Shown in pieces: positions 43,437-64,000 of a stretch of DNA of 64,000 nt (its first letter is position 1; each line of letters starts with the position of its first letter). A program made the position numbers and the translations under genes. The notes beneath the pieces are model-generated. The model saw only the letters and a program-made list of their open reading frames with translations, searched no databases and had not been told where the DNA came from. The DNA comes from Phaeosaccion multiseriatum (Eukaryota; Protista; Ochrophyta, other classes): assembly GCA_965112735.1 (NCBI GenBank), contig OZ218961.1, positions 186,001 to 250,000 of the forward strand. Direction: 5' to 3'.

Positions 43437-44401
43437 ATGAACATCACGGAGGACTCAGCTGTGCAGGACTTTCTGGAGATCTTGGAGGAGCACAGGCGCA
43501 ATTGCGAGCGACAAGGCAAGTATGTTGAGGCGGAGATCGCCAAGAACAGACTCGATGAGCTCAAACTACATGAGGAGAACCGCCGGAAGGAGGCAATGCG
43601 GTCTCGTCAAATCGCGGAGCGGCTTGGCGTGGAGGAGGCACACATGCTCGAGTTCCAAAGCTTTAACATGGTGTGGGACAGCAAGATGGGTCAGTACGAG
43701 ACACACGCAGAGGGGATGGTGGCGGCGATGAGGGCGCGGCACGAAGGAGAGCTTCGAGACTTCCAGAGGAAGCTCCTGCAGCAGCAGCAGAGACCGAAGT
43801 TTAGCAGGGAGCTGCTCGACCTCAGGAGGATTCAGGAGCACCTCGCCAAGGCTAAGGACTACGCGGAGGCACACAAGATGAAGCTGAAGAGCGACGCCCT
43901 CGAGGCGTGGGAATTAGAGACGTGGCGCAACAAGCGGCAGCAGGAGCTGTACCAGAAGGAGATGAAGTTTAAGCAGTCCAAAGCCAACGAGATGCAGGCC
44001 CTGCTGAAGCGCGTCCAGTCCGGCAGGGAGGAGCAGAAGAAGCAGCGGCAGATGGACCTCGAGCGGCTCCTCCAGAGATACCAAAACGTCAAGAACGGTG
44101 AGTGCGTGCGTAAGTGGGTGTGTAGGGGAGTGCGTGCTTGGGCTCTTGCTGCGGCTGAGTGAAGCGAAGTGAAGCGAAGTGTATGCATGTCGATCCATGT
44201 GCAGAGTCGGAGTGAGTGAAAGGATTCAGAGCGTTGGCTTCATCCTCTCCGCCCTGATCTCTCTCCTCGGCATCTTGTTTTCCTCTCTCCTCTCGGTCCT
44301 TTGACTTCTAACCATGCTTTGCTCTATCCCCCTCCCCCCCCCCTCCGATATTACACACACGTGCACACACACGCACACGCGCGCGCGCACACCTGCCCAT
44401 A

Positions 44402-44457
<56 letters not shown>

Positions 44458-44665
44458 ACCACAACAACAACCATCGAAACCACCTAATCAATCAACCGCG
44501 ACAGAGCTCGAGGCCCAACAGAACCTCGAGCGGATACGGACGGAGAGGGGCTCTTCGACCTCACGGATGCAACTCGGCAAGACGGGCAAGACACAGCAGG
44601 GGAGAGGCGGCAGGAGGCAGGCCGGCGGGGCCAGAGGTAGCGCCACCAGTGCCGGAAGGAGGTGA
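43437..44665 (+). CDS. Conserved coiled-coil protein (UVR-like helical hairpins), function unknown
   Basis: Exons 43437-44097 and 44505-44665 in phase; LEEHRRNCERQGKYVEAEIA, PKFSRELLDLRRIQEHLAKAKDYAEA. Confidence 0.8.
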
Positions 44666-45239
44666 TGCGGAGGGCAGAGATGGATGGAGGAAGAAGATGG
44701 CGTGTGAGAAGCGGGAGGGAGGGAGTGGGAGAGAGGGGGGGTGGGGGGGGGGGAGGTCAGAGAGAAAGGAAGAGACAGAGGAAGGGAAAGAGCTTCCCGA
44801 CTGACAGGTGGGTGGGTGGGCTCCATGGTGCACTTTGATGCTGCATTTGCCAAGCGAGTGTTGCCAGCCATAAACGACGTACGTTATTTGGCGTTTCATG
44901 GTAGGTGTTGGCTTAGATAATAGGCGTCCGCAACGATCTGTGTGTTGTATGTTTGTGGTTGGTTGGCGGACAGTCCGGCCACGATGTATGTCGTTGCGCA
45001 GCGGTCGTGGATGGTTGCAAGAGGGGCATGTGAGAACAATCCTCCTTGCCCACCTCCATGGGACCATGGGGCTTATTCGCGTACTTCCCTATTTATGCCG
45101 GCCACAGCCGCTTTTGGTCGCTTTGGGCAGGCAGGCAGACAGCCAGGCAGACCGGCAGACAGGCAGGCATACAGGTAGACAGACAGGCCGGCGGGCAGGC
45201 CGACAGGCAGGTAGACAGACAGGTAGGACAGACAGATGG

Positions 45240-45335
45240 ACAGACACACAGACACACACAGACAGACTGACTGACTGACAGACAGACAGACAGACAGACA
45301 GACGGACAGACAGACAGACGGACAGACAGACATGC

Positions 45336-45428
<93 letters not shown>

Positions 45429-45455
45429 GGCAGATAGACAGACAGACAGACAGAC
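45240..45455. repeat. (CAGA)n microsatellite
   Basis: Direct reading. Confidence 0.9.
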
Positions 45456-45955
45456 TGTTCGACTACTCGTCGGTTCACTGCCACGCGCTGAGAAAGTGTG
45501 GAGGCAGTCGACCTTCAAGACCCGAGGGGGGATGGTCAAGGCCCAAGGGGTGGGGGTAAGGGGATGGCAGCGGACGAGTGCTCCCGTATGCATCGCACAG
45601 CCCCATTTGTCACTTCCTTCCTCTCTAAAGTTAGTCAGCCTAGAGAAGATCATGTAGGGCAGAGCATTATCAGGGGAGGGACGCCTACCAGCCTACCAGC
45701 CAACCCGACCCGACCTTCCACCTCACCTCCTCAGCCGCGTCTGCATTACACGTGTGTTATTTATGTCAATGAAAATGCTTCTTTTCAGTACTCTATCGCT
45801 CTGTCCGGCCATGCCCCGGGGGCTTAACTCCTGGGATATGGGATATGCAGTTTCAGTTTCAGCTTAGAGGTGGTGAAGGCAAGCACCAAGGCCAGTGATC
45901 ACGGTCCTCTCTCACTCACTCCGTAGGCACTGGTCGCCCCCGGGGTCTCCAGTAA

Positions 45956-46033
45956 TCGTACTACCACCCATATGCCTTGACTCGTACTACCACCCATATG
46001 CCTTGACTCGTACTACCACCCATATGCCTTGAC
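45956..46033. repeat. 26-bp tandem repeat x3
   Basis: tcgtactaccacccatatgccttgac x3. Confidence 0.9.
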
Positions 46034-46378
46034 TGAAGCCGGCGGCTCGGAGGGCTCCGAAGAGGGTTGGCGTTTCGCCCTTCTCTACAGCACCCCGCAC
46101 CACCACTGCGTGTCAGCCCTCCTCCTCCTCGCAGCGAGGCAGCCACAGCCAACCACCACCAAGGGCACCAAAGGGTACCCGCGGATCCTATCAGCCCTCC
46201 CTGGCAGAGGAAACCCTTCCGAGCGGTTAGGAGGGCGGCCAACCAGCGCCACGCAGTATCGATATCGAAATACCATATCGATTGCCCCACATCCCCATAT
46301 GCCTCTGTCCCTCTCCTTTGAGAGGGCCTGCGCATGTGCAGCGCAATGCTGTACCGTAAGCGAAGGAGCGCCTCGTTC

Positions 46379-49300
46379 CTACAGGCGATGGTGGCTGAGC
46401 ACGGGCATCTTCGCTCGAACCTGTCGGAGGTAGTCAAGGTCGATGACTGCGGTGACGATGCAAGGCGAGAGGGGTGGGTTCGAGTCCGAATGATGGACAC
46501 GTGCTTCATCTTCCCCTCCACGACCATCCCCTGCGTCTGCGAGAAGTCTGCCCCAACAGTCAATGATGAGGGCGTGGCCGTAGCTCTCGCGCTTTTCGTT
46601 GTGTCTTCCCACCTGATGAGATGGGAAAGTGGATGGGGAGGAGCAGAGAGCGGAGGGGAGGAGAGGAGAGGAGAGGAGAAGAGAGGAGAGGAGAGGATGC
46701 AATAGGAGACGCAAGAGGACGGGAAGGGAGGAGAAGAGAGGTGTATGGGTAGAAGGGGGGGGGGGGGGCGAGTTTAGGAAGGCCTGGCTGGGGGGTGACT
46801 ATTCCATGCCGAGGTGCAGAATCATCAACCCATCAACGCCTCGAGCCGAGCTACTGCTTCGCCCTTCGCCTCCTCATAAGCCACGCCACCCTACCCTACC
46901 CTACTCTACCGCACCCTACCCCACCCTACCCTACCCTTTCCCTACCCTACCCTACTCTACCCTACCCTACCTTCCCCCACCCTACCCTATCCTACCCTAC
47001 TCTACCCTACCCTACCCTACTCTACCCTACCTTACCCTACCCTACCCTACCCTGTACCCTATCCTACCGTACCCTATCCTACCTTACCCTACCTTACCCT
47101 ACCCTGTACCCTATCCTACCCCACCCTACCCTACCCTACTCTACCCCTAACCTTCCCTACTCTACCCTACCTTCCCCCACCCTACCCTACCTTCCCCCAC
47201 CCTACCGTACCCTATCCTACCCCACCCCACCCTACCGTACCCTACCCTACCCAACTCTACCCCTGACCTTCCCTACTCTACCCTACCTTCCCCCACCCTA
47301 CCCTACCCTACCCTACCCCACCCTACCCTACCCAACTCTACCCCACCCTACCCTACCCTACCCTACCCTACCCTCCCTTCCCCCCCCCCCCCCCCCCCTT
47401 CCCTACTCTACGCTACCTTCCCCCACCCTACCCTACCCCACCCTACCCTACCCTACCCTACCCAACTCTACCCCATGTTACCCTACCCTACCCTACCCTA
47501 CCTGGTAGATCTTGTTGAACTCCTACATGGCACTACGTAACCACACATAAGCATGCTTTCTGCCCTTCAGAGGACTTCTAACCCTACATCAGCATACGTA
47601 TTGCTCTCCCTACCCTACCTGGGCCGCAGCCAACACGAAGGCCTGGTTCTCGATGGCCCTTGCCCTAAGCAATACCTCCCAGTGGGCTGCGCCTGTGGGG
47701 ACGGTGAAGGCCGATGGTACCAAGAGCACCTCACTGCCCTTGGTGGTGAGTCCTGTTGGGTGTGGGCGTGGGTGTAGGTGTCAGCCGTTGAGAAAGAGAA
47801 AAAAAGGGATGGACAGAGAGAGAGAGAGAGACAGATGGAGAGAGACAGAGATAGAGAGAGAGGGAGAGAGAGAGAGGAAGGAGAGAGAGCGGGAGAGAGG
47901 GAGAGCGGGAGAGAGGGAGAGAGGCAGCAAGGGAGACACAGAGAAAGGGGGCTCCCCGTGGTACCCACTCAGACCCATTCAGGCCTCTATTCAGTGACCC
48001 ACTCAGCGTGGTACCCACTCAACTGTGATAGAGCTCCGGGAAGCGCAAGTCGTAACAAACGGACAGACCAAGCGTGCCGATTGGACACCCCTCATCGCTG
48101 CTGCTGCTCATGGTGCCACCACCACCACCACCACTAATATTACTACTACCACCACCACCACCACCACCACCACCACCACCACTTCTATCAACACTACTGC
48201 TACCACCATCACCACCACCACCACCACCATCACCACCACCACCACCGCCACCACCACCGCCACCACCACCGCCACCACTTCTATCAACACTACTCCTACT
48301 ACCGCCCCTACCACTGCTGCTGCTGTTGCTGTTGCTGTTGCTACTGCTTCCCTGCGTGATCACAATATCCGTGGGGTGCCCTCCTTCGGTGAAGGCTGCC
48401 TCGTCGAGCCGGATGCCCCCCCCTCCCGCCGCTCCATCGGCCATTGTGAAGAGGTGGACCTTGCGGTAGGTGCTCTTCACCTCGCCCGCGCTGCAGCAGT
48501 TGGTGATACGTGATACAGTCAAATGGTGAATGTGAGGAAAGAGGACGAGTGGACGGGCGTTTGGAGTCAGGGGGGGGGGAGTAGGGTGGGGGAGGGTAGA
48601 GTGGAGAAGAGCAGGGCAGGGTAGGGTAGAGTAGAGGGGAGTAGGGTATAGGGGTCAGGCAGGGGGCTGGGGGGGGGGGGGGGCATAGGCCAACCGCGAA
48701 CACCCCCCGCCAGCCAAGTCTTGTGGTTCTTCTCTACCAAGTGGCGAGCCCGGCCCTCTCTACCACCCAACCACCGAACCATCACGACAGGACAGGACAG
48801 GACAGGACCGTAAAGGTCCTGGCGTCTTGCGCCATCGGGCGTCATTCGCCGAAGTCCTCCCTTCCTCGCACTGTCATTCACTGCCATCCACTGCCATCCA
48901 CTGGCACCTCCCACCTGTCGAGGATGATGTGGGTGTTGTAGATCTTCTTGCCCCTCTCCTGTGGGCTGTCGTGCATCTCCTGGAAGCCGCCCAGCGAGAG
49001 CCACAGCCCCGTCTGGCGGGCCAGCGTCTGATAGCGCTGTAGAGAGGGAGATGCGCCCTCCGTGGTGATGTCCTCCGCGGCTGCCACGCTCTCTGCACTT
49101 GATCGCTATATAAGAGGAGGAGTGAGAGAGGTTAGAGGAGCGGGTGGTCAACAAAAGGAGAGAGAGAGAGAGAGAGAGAGCGTGCGGTTGGCCTGAGATT
49201 AAACCCTGCTGCTCGCAATAGCTGCTGTTGGCGAAGGCAGAGGGACACTCGCTACTCACCCCAACGAAATTATGGCACTCCGGTAGGGCGAGGAAGCAGC

Positions 49301-49574
49301 ACCCTGCGACGGACACGCACGACAAGAAGGGAGGCAGAGAGGCCAGGAGTCGCAGCCGCAGGCCCCGATCAGATGAGAGAGGCAAGCAGCGAGAGTAGCG
49401 TGAGCTATTTTTACACCCCCCCTGACCTTGATCCTTAGCCTGCCATGCGAGGCTTTCGCATATCGCAAAGTTTCGAAGTTTCTCGTGATTGCTGGTCATC
49501 TGCGCCACCGCCACTTTGGGCCACCTGGCTGGCCCTTCCCCCGCAAAGGAAGCCATTCTAAGCAAAACACTCAT
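46379..49574 (-). CDS. NIT1: Nitrilase-superfamily deaminated glutathione amidase (Nit1-like)
   Basis: [14 protein letters not shown] (catalytic E), YNTHI, YRKVHLF (K), [14 protein letters not shown] (C), [38 protein letters not shown]; start codon uncertain (49574 or 49556). Confidence 0.9.
46888..47502. repeat. Degenerate (CCCTA)n pentanucleotide array in NIT1 intron
   Basis: Direct reading; (TAGGG)n on the sense strand. Confidence 0.9.
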
Positions 49575-50206
49575 GGGCGGAAGAAATTTGGGGAACGCTC
49601 TTTGTTGAAGGCTCTTGCCCAGGGAGAGCACCAGCATCGATGGGGGGAAGAGGGAGAAGGGAAGAAGGAAGAGAAAGAGGGTGGGAAAGAGTGGGAAAGG
49701 GGAGCATCACACGGAAAGAGTGAACTGGAAAGAGGAAAGAGAGGAGAAAGAGAGGGAAATGGGAGCATAACATGTTGGTACACCAATTCACAGATGTGAA
49801 GGTGGATGCGGGCCGAAGATATACTCACTCAACCCACTCTCACAAACTAACTCACTCACTCTGATATGACACGACATTCACTAAAACACAATGCACCCTC
49901 CTAGTGGCCAGTGATCGACATCGCTGACACCGCTGCTCCCGGGGGGCTCTGCCCTGCCCCTGGGCTGAAGCCATGCCATGCCTCAAGCTCTTATCATGCC
50001 TCCACTCTCTCCTCTCTCCTCTCTCAAGTCAGAGACACTTCCCCATCCCTTCTCCGCCCCTCTCCCCTGTAGCCTGTCCCCTTCGTCCTCCCGCTCAAGT
50101 CTCCGATGAGCTTGTGGGACTCGTCCCAGAGATAGTGTGTGTGGAAGGTGCCCTCCCTACCCTTCATGCTTGCCCTTGGCCCGACTTGACGCATCACTGC
50201 CTCCTC

Positions 50207-51304
50207 TCAGTCCTCGCAGTTGCAGGGGTGTCCATTGGCGTGCACCCACTGCTTGATCTCCTCAAACCTTTCGGGGTCGATGTCCCATACCGCACCCTCC
50301 CCCCAATACCCTTCATGCACTCTGTCCCTGATGACCTGTGGGCACGAGTCTTCGTCCCACTCGCACTGCACTTCTTCGGATCTGAGCCATTTCAGCATAG
50401 CAAGGCTCTTACCTTTCATGACTGCGTCCGTACAGATCCGAGCATCCCAATCACAGAGGTGCCGAGCATTGGCGTGGAGCAACTGCAGTACCTCGAGGTG
50501 GCCACCTTCAGCCGCATACCAAGCCCCATCGCGCCACTCGTCATAATCATTCTCTTCCAGCAAGGCTCTCGTGGGAGGATACTCGAGAAGCCATTCCACG
50601 ACGGGGATGTGCCCGCCTATGCATGCACAGTTCCAAGAGACGGCATCAAAGTCTACCCCACCGTCGTCCGACAGCAACCACTTGAGCATCTCCAAGCGCC
50701 CTTGACGTGCAGCTACGACACACATGTCGTAGCCGCTAGCGTTCCATGGGCACTGCTCCTTGTCGGGAAGGTCCTCTGAGCGGAGCCACTTGAGAACGCT
50801 CAGGTCATGCTTGCTGTTCTTCGCTGTTTCGTGACACACATACTCATCCCAGCGACAGTCCTTGCCATGGAGGGCCTTGCATACCTCGACATCTCCGTGC
50901 CGGGCAGCGGCCTTGAAGAGCTTGACACTCAGCCCGAGGCCCTGCCGACTTGTCGCCCAGTTCACGCACTCCACTGAGCTGACCACAGACGAAAACGCTG
51001 TCTTCACTGCTGGATACAACGCGGTGTAGCTGGCCTTCCACTCCTTGCTCACACCAGCCACGAACCAGAGGTGCCCCTTTCCCAAGTGGGCCAAGATGGC
51101 ACGAAGCAGCTCGAGATTCTCGAGGGCCTCGTGGCAAGCTTCAAAGAGCAGCCCATTGTATCCGGAACTTGAAGCAGCGGTAACACTGGTACCCCCACAT
51201 GCTGTTGTTGCTGGAGACCGTCTCAGCCTCCTTCCCTGCGCAGAGTCATGCGGCGTCTCCCCGTGCCCCAATACCGTTCTCCTCCGCTGCAGCCTCGTCT
51301 CCAT
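50207..51304 (-). CDS. Intronless F-box-like plus ankyrin-repeat protein (paralog A)
   Basis: LELLRAILAHLG...FVAGVSKEWK followed by C.W-type ankyrin repeats (AARQGRLEMLKWL, AAEGGHLEVLQLL); ATG at 51304. Confidence 0.85.
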   Translation of the reverse strand: METRLQRRRTVLGHGETPHDSAQGRRLRRSPATTACGGTSVTAASSSGYNGLLFEACHEALENLELLRAILAHLGKGHLWFVAGVSKEWKASYTALYPAVKTAFSSVVSSVECVNWATSRQGLGLSVKLFKAAARHGDVEVCKALHGKDCRWDEYVCHETAKNSKHDLSVLKWLRSEDLPDKEQCPWNASGYDMCVVAARQGRLEMLKWLLSDDGGVDFDAVSWNCACIGGHIPVVEWLLEYPPTRALLEENDYDEWRDGAWYAAEGGHLEVLQLLHANARHLCDWDARICTDAVMKGKSLAMLKWLRSEEVQCEWDEDSCPQVIRDRVHEGYWGEGAVWDIDPERFEEIKQWVHANGHPCNCED

Positions 51305-51411
51305 TGTTTCGTCGAAACAGGACTTGGGATAAAGGCGAGTAAGTAAGCACCGGCTGGCTGGAGGAGGTAAGTTGCTGAAGGTGGGGGGAGCGGAAGGAAA
51401 GGCGGAGCGGA

Positions 51412-51458
<47 letters not shown>

Positions 51459-52071
51459 GCGGCTGTGGAGGAAGGGCAGTAGCAGAGAGACCAGATGGCC
51501 AGCATCCTTCTAATGTTGTTCCCCCGCTTGCTCCCCCCTCAAAGAGAGGGGCGGGCAATCTCCGGTAGCAGGCACTTACCAGCGCCAGCAGAATCCTTTC
51601 TTTCTATCAGCCTCACCCCCTTCCTTATGCTGCCTACTTTATTCACGCGTGGGAGGTCTTGCGGCCCGTATATTGTATGGAGCTGGGTCTAAGAGCTCCG
51701 GGTCTGCCAGGCCCGCCATCTGTGAGTCTGGATGTCGAGGCCCTGAGGCACCAGTCCTCGACCAACCCCCCTGACCACACACAAATTCATAAGTAATTCT
51801 TATGTTGATCCCTATAAGAGAATTGCTGCTCCACTTACTCACTCAAGCTCTGTCAGGCTGTACTCGCTGCCGAAGTCCACGTCGAATCATAAAGACGTAC
51901 TCACTGAAGCCTCAACATTCACAGCAGCGCCTCGAAGTGCGACAGCCGCAGCCGTCCATCCTGCTCTGTACTGACCCACGCTCAAGCGGAAGCCTCCCCA
52001 AACGTACGCTAACTGCCCCCCCACCCCTCCCCCCATGTCTCTCTCTCCATCTGTGCGAGCTTGTTCTCCTC

Positions 52072-53055
52072 TCAGTCCTGGCAGTCGCAGGGTTGTCCAT
52101 TGGTGTGCACCCATTGCTTGATCTCCTCAAAGGTTTTGGCGTGGATGTCCCATTCCCCCTCCAAGTAATACTCTTCATACAATCCTCTGTCCCTGATGAC
52201 TTGTGGGCACGACCTTTCATCCCACTCGCACTGCACTTCTTCCGATGTGAGCCACTTCAGCACAGCAAGGCTCTTACCCTCCAAGAGTGCATTCATACAG
52301 ACCCGAGCATCCCAGTCACAGAGGTGGCGAGCATTGGCGTGGAGCAGCTGCAGTACCTCGAGGCGGCCCCCTCCAGCTGCAAAAAAAGCCCCATCGCGCC
52401 ACTCGCCGTCTGCATTCTCTTCCAGCAAGGCTCTCGTGGGAGGATGCTCGAGAAGCCATTCCACGACGGGAACATGTCCACTCATGCATGCACAGTTCCA
52501 AGAGACGGCACGAAAGTCGGCCCCACCGTCGTCCGACAGCAACCACTTGAGCATCTCCAAGCGCCCTTGACGTGCAGCTACGACACACATATAGGAGCCG
52601 GTGCCGTGCCATGGGCACTGCTCCTTGTCGGGAAGGTCCTCTGAGCGCAGCCACTTGAGTACTCTCAGGCCATGCTCTCTGTTACGCACCGTTGCATGAC
52701 ACACATCATCATTCCAGGGACAGTCCTTGCCATGGAGGGCCTTGCATACCTCGACATCTCCGCACCGAGCAGCGGCCTCGAAGAGCTCCTTAGTTAGCTC
52801 GAGGCCCTGCCGACCTGTCGCCCAGTTCACACACTCCACAGAGCTGACCACGGATGAAAAGACGGTCTCTGCAGCTGGATACAAATCGGTGTAGTACTTG
52901 GCCCTCCACTGCGTACACACACCAGCCACAAAGCAGTGGTGCCCCTCTCCTACGTACTCCAAGACTTCGCCGAGCAGCTCGAGTTTGGCCAGCAGGACTT
53001 CGTGGCAGGCCTCAAACCCTTCATCTGAAGCAGAGGCAATGGCAAAGCCCATCAT
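52072..53055 (-). CDS. Intronless F-box-like plus ankyrin-repeat protein (paralog B)
   Basis: Colinear with paralog A, with long identical blocks (LKWLRSEDLPDKEQCPW, MCVVAARQGRLEMLKWLLSDDGG). Confidence 0.87.
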   Translation of the reverse strand: MMGFAIASASDEGFEACHEVLLAKLELLGEVLEYVGEGHHCFVAGVCTQWRAKYYTDLYPAAETVFSSVVSSVECVNWATGRQGLELTKELFEAAARCGDVEVCKALHGKDCPWNDDVCHATVRNREHGLRVLKWLRSEDLPDKEQCPWHGTGSYMCVVAARQGRLEMLKWLLSDDGGADFRAVSWNCACMSGHVPVVEWLLEHPPTRALLEENADGEWRDGAFFAAGGGRLEVLQLLHANARHLCDWDARVCMNALLEGKSLAVLKWLTSEEVQCEWDERSCPQVIRDRGLYEEYYLEGEWDIHAKTFEEIKQWVHTNGQPCDCQD

Positions 53056-53538
53056 CTCTAAAAGGTATCTCTCTAAAAAGAAAACAAGTAAGCCCTTGGG
53101 ATGAGGGGGATTATAAAGATGCGAGAAGGGGACTGAGTTTTAGTTTCAGGTTGAGGGTTGAGGCTGGGTTTGAACACAGAGAGGAGGGAGGGAAGAAAGA
53201 GCAAGATTAGGAGTGGTTTGGTGAGCGGACCTTCCGCCGCGGATACTAGGCGACAAGGCTTGAGCAGGGTTCGACAGTTTTTAAGTCTGTTCTTGGAAGG
53301 GGCCGGGGGGGGGTGGGGGGGGGACCAGGCACAAACCCAGAGGGCGAGGAGAGGAGGAGGAGGGAACCAGCAGGCAGCATCCAGCGGGAAAAGTGGAAAA
53401 GGTAAAATGTGAGGAAGTGGATACCGCTGGAGAGCATATGCCTGGAGGCTGTGTGCCTTGACTGTGCCTCCCACCCGCGGAGGCCGGCGTATTAGCGGGC
53501 TTCCTCCGTCTGCTCTCTGAAGACAAAGGCAGGCCCAC

Positions 53539-62203
<8,665 letters not shown>

Positions 62204-62659
62204 AACGAAGAACACAACATGTGGGTGTGTGTGTGTGTGGGGGGGGGGGCTTCGGAGTGAGTGAGTGAGCTTACGCGTTGTACCGGGATGGGACAGGATG
62301 GCAGTGGATGGGAAGGGATGGCAGTAGATGGGAAGGGATGGGAGGTAATGGGAGGTAAGACTGTAAGACTTCAGTACAGTAGCGGCGTTTTATCGCACAG
62401 AGGTGCGTATTTAAGGAAGTAATGCTTAGGAGGGGGGGGGGGGGGTTGTGGAGGGGATGGCAGTGGATGGTGCTCGCTTTCGACGGATCGACACTCTTCC
62501 TCCTGTCTCTCACTGGACCGACCGCTGAGGCCCGGACTGCTGTGAGCCCCTCTCAATGACTTACTACACCACTCTCATATCAATCCGAAACGCGTACTGC
62601 CGAGTCACTTCTTATTTTATTGATCCTCTGACTGACTGCTGAACACCGCCATCTGTGAT

Positions 62660-64000
62660 TCATACACCTCGTGTATTCTCATCCCTTCCCTTTGTCGCGA
62701 ACCTCGCCACTTCTTCAAAGTAATCCTCCTCGTCTTCGCTGTCTTCCTCCTCCCCCGTCTCCTTCCATTGCCATCCCCGATCCTCCTCCTCCTCCTCCTC
62801 CCACTCCCCCCCCGCCCCGCCCTCTCGTGCACCTCCATACCCATATGCTCCTTCCCCTGCTCTTCCTCCTTCCCCTCCTACTCCTCCTCCTCCTACTCCT
62901 CCTCCTCCTCCTCCTCCTCCTCCTCCTCCGATGTGAGTCCCCGGGGTGTGGTTGTGCCCATATGCCCTGATCTCCCCAAGCTCTGCTGCCCCCCTTAACT
63001 CTCCGGTGTCCTGCCGAGCTCTGATGATGCGGTTTCGACGCTCCATGCCCCACACGTCTGCAGCCATACGGGAAGGGGACACGCACATACACATACACAC
63101 ACGCACGCACACACATACACACACACACATGATGGGAAGTAAGGAAGGCGTCAGGGAGGAGGAGGCATATGGGCAGTGCTCCACACAGCTCCCCCCTCCT
63201 CCTCTCCTCTCCTTCTCCTCCCGCCCTCCTCCTTCCCCCTTCTTCCTCCTCCTCCTCTCCTCTCCTCCTCCCCTCCCCTCCCCCTCCTCCTCCTCCTCCT
63301 CCCCCCCCCCCACTCACCTCCTGGCTGGGCCTTCGGTGGGAGAGGCAGCGGTACCGATAATGACGCGGAGGATCCACCACCTCCTCCTCCCCCTCCTCCT
63401 CCTCCCCCTCCTTCTCCTCCTCCTGCTTCTCCTCTTCCTCCACCGCTGCCATCATCCCCAAACACCCGCTTGAAGAAGCGCATCACCCCTGCCCCTCCTC
63501 CTTCCTCCTCGCCCCCCCTGTGTGCCCCTCGCTCCATCTGATTTCTTCTCTGCTCCTCCTCCTCCTCCTCCCTCCTCCTCCTTTCCGTTGACAAGGCTCG
63601 GTACTCTTCCCTCTGCAGCTGCAGTGCCACCTGTTGGGTTGAGTAAGTCAATGATTTAATGACTTCACTGCACTCCATAGAGTTAATGTTGGAAGAGAGG
63701 GCAGCGAAGATGATTCATTGACTTCCCCTACCTCATAATCGTCCTGCATGGCGCGTTTCTCGCCCTCCTCGAGCGGGTACTTGCGCAGCGCACTGTCCGC
63801 GTCGGCATCAAAGGGGGCGAAGTGGGGGGGTGGAGGCGTAGATCCCAGCATGCCCGCTCCTCCTCCTCCTCCTCCTCCTCCTCCTCCTCCTCCTCCTCCT
63901 CCTCCTCCTCCTCCTCCTCCTCCTCCTCCTACTGCTCCTCCCTCTCCTCCTCCTGCTCCTCCTTCCGCCCCTGCTCTCCCCCCCACCCCCATGCTGCTGC
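62660..64000 (-). CDS. Unknown low-complexity protein, 5'-truncated; UIM-like DDYEVALQLQREE
   Basis: Exons 63732->64000, 63318-63630 and 62660-63057 join in consistent phases with GT-AG sites. Confidence 0.6.

Noticed and set aside
49973-52644. Plus-strand ORFs 49973-50779 and 51802-52644
   Set aside because: Antisense shadows of the ankyrin genes.
50207-53055. Diversity-generating retroelement TR/VR pair
   Set aside because: Differences are not adenine-specific, both copies are full ORFs, and no reverse transcriptase is present.

Overview
This is GC-rich, intron-rich eukaryotic nuclear DNA, most likely from an ochrophyte (stramenopile) alga; that assignment is inferred from a signal peptide plus AF plastid-targeting leader and from the gene set. 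Manual splicing supports about 14 protein-coding genes: a triple-GAF class I cyclic-nucleotide phosphodiesterase (3'-truncated), a CsgA-like SDR, a sulfotransferase-like type II membrane protein, a LEA-like protein ending ...GSEL, PTH2, a CPA1 Na+/H+ exchanger, a plastid YrdC/YciO protein, GPATCH1, a conserved coiled-coil protein, NIT1, two intronless F-box-like/ankyrin paralogs, a Zn-finger/AT-hook/WD40 TFIIIC-beta-like protein and a 5'-truncated unknown gene. Most ORFs in the supplied track are artefacts of microsatellites. No rRNA, tRNA, CRISPR array or transposase was seen. The most unusual signals are sequence-level. (1) A 15-mer CAGTTGGTGATACAG is dispersed in >30 copies on both strands, in several reading frames, introns and intergenic DNA. 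(2) A decamer GATGGCAGTG is oriented relative to intron ends, within a general G-rich-5'/C-rich-3' intron polarity. (3) Four genes carry tandem duplications spanning the stop codon. (4) A 37-bp satellite varies almost only at CpG and has an 11-unit higher-order period. (5) The F-box/ankyrin pair shows clustered, surface-type divergence. All calls are by eye; no searches were run.
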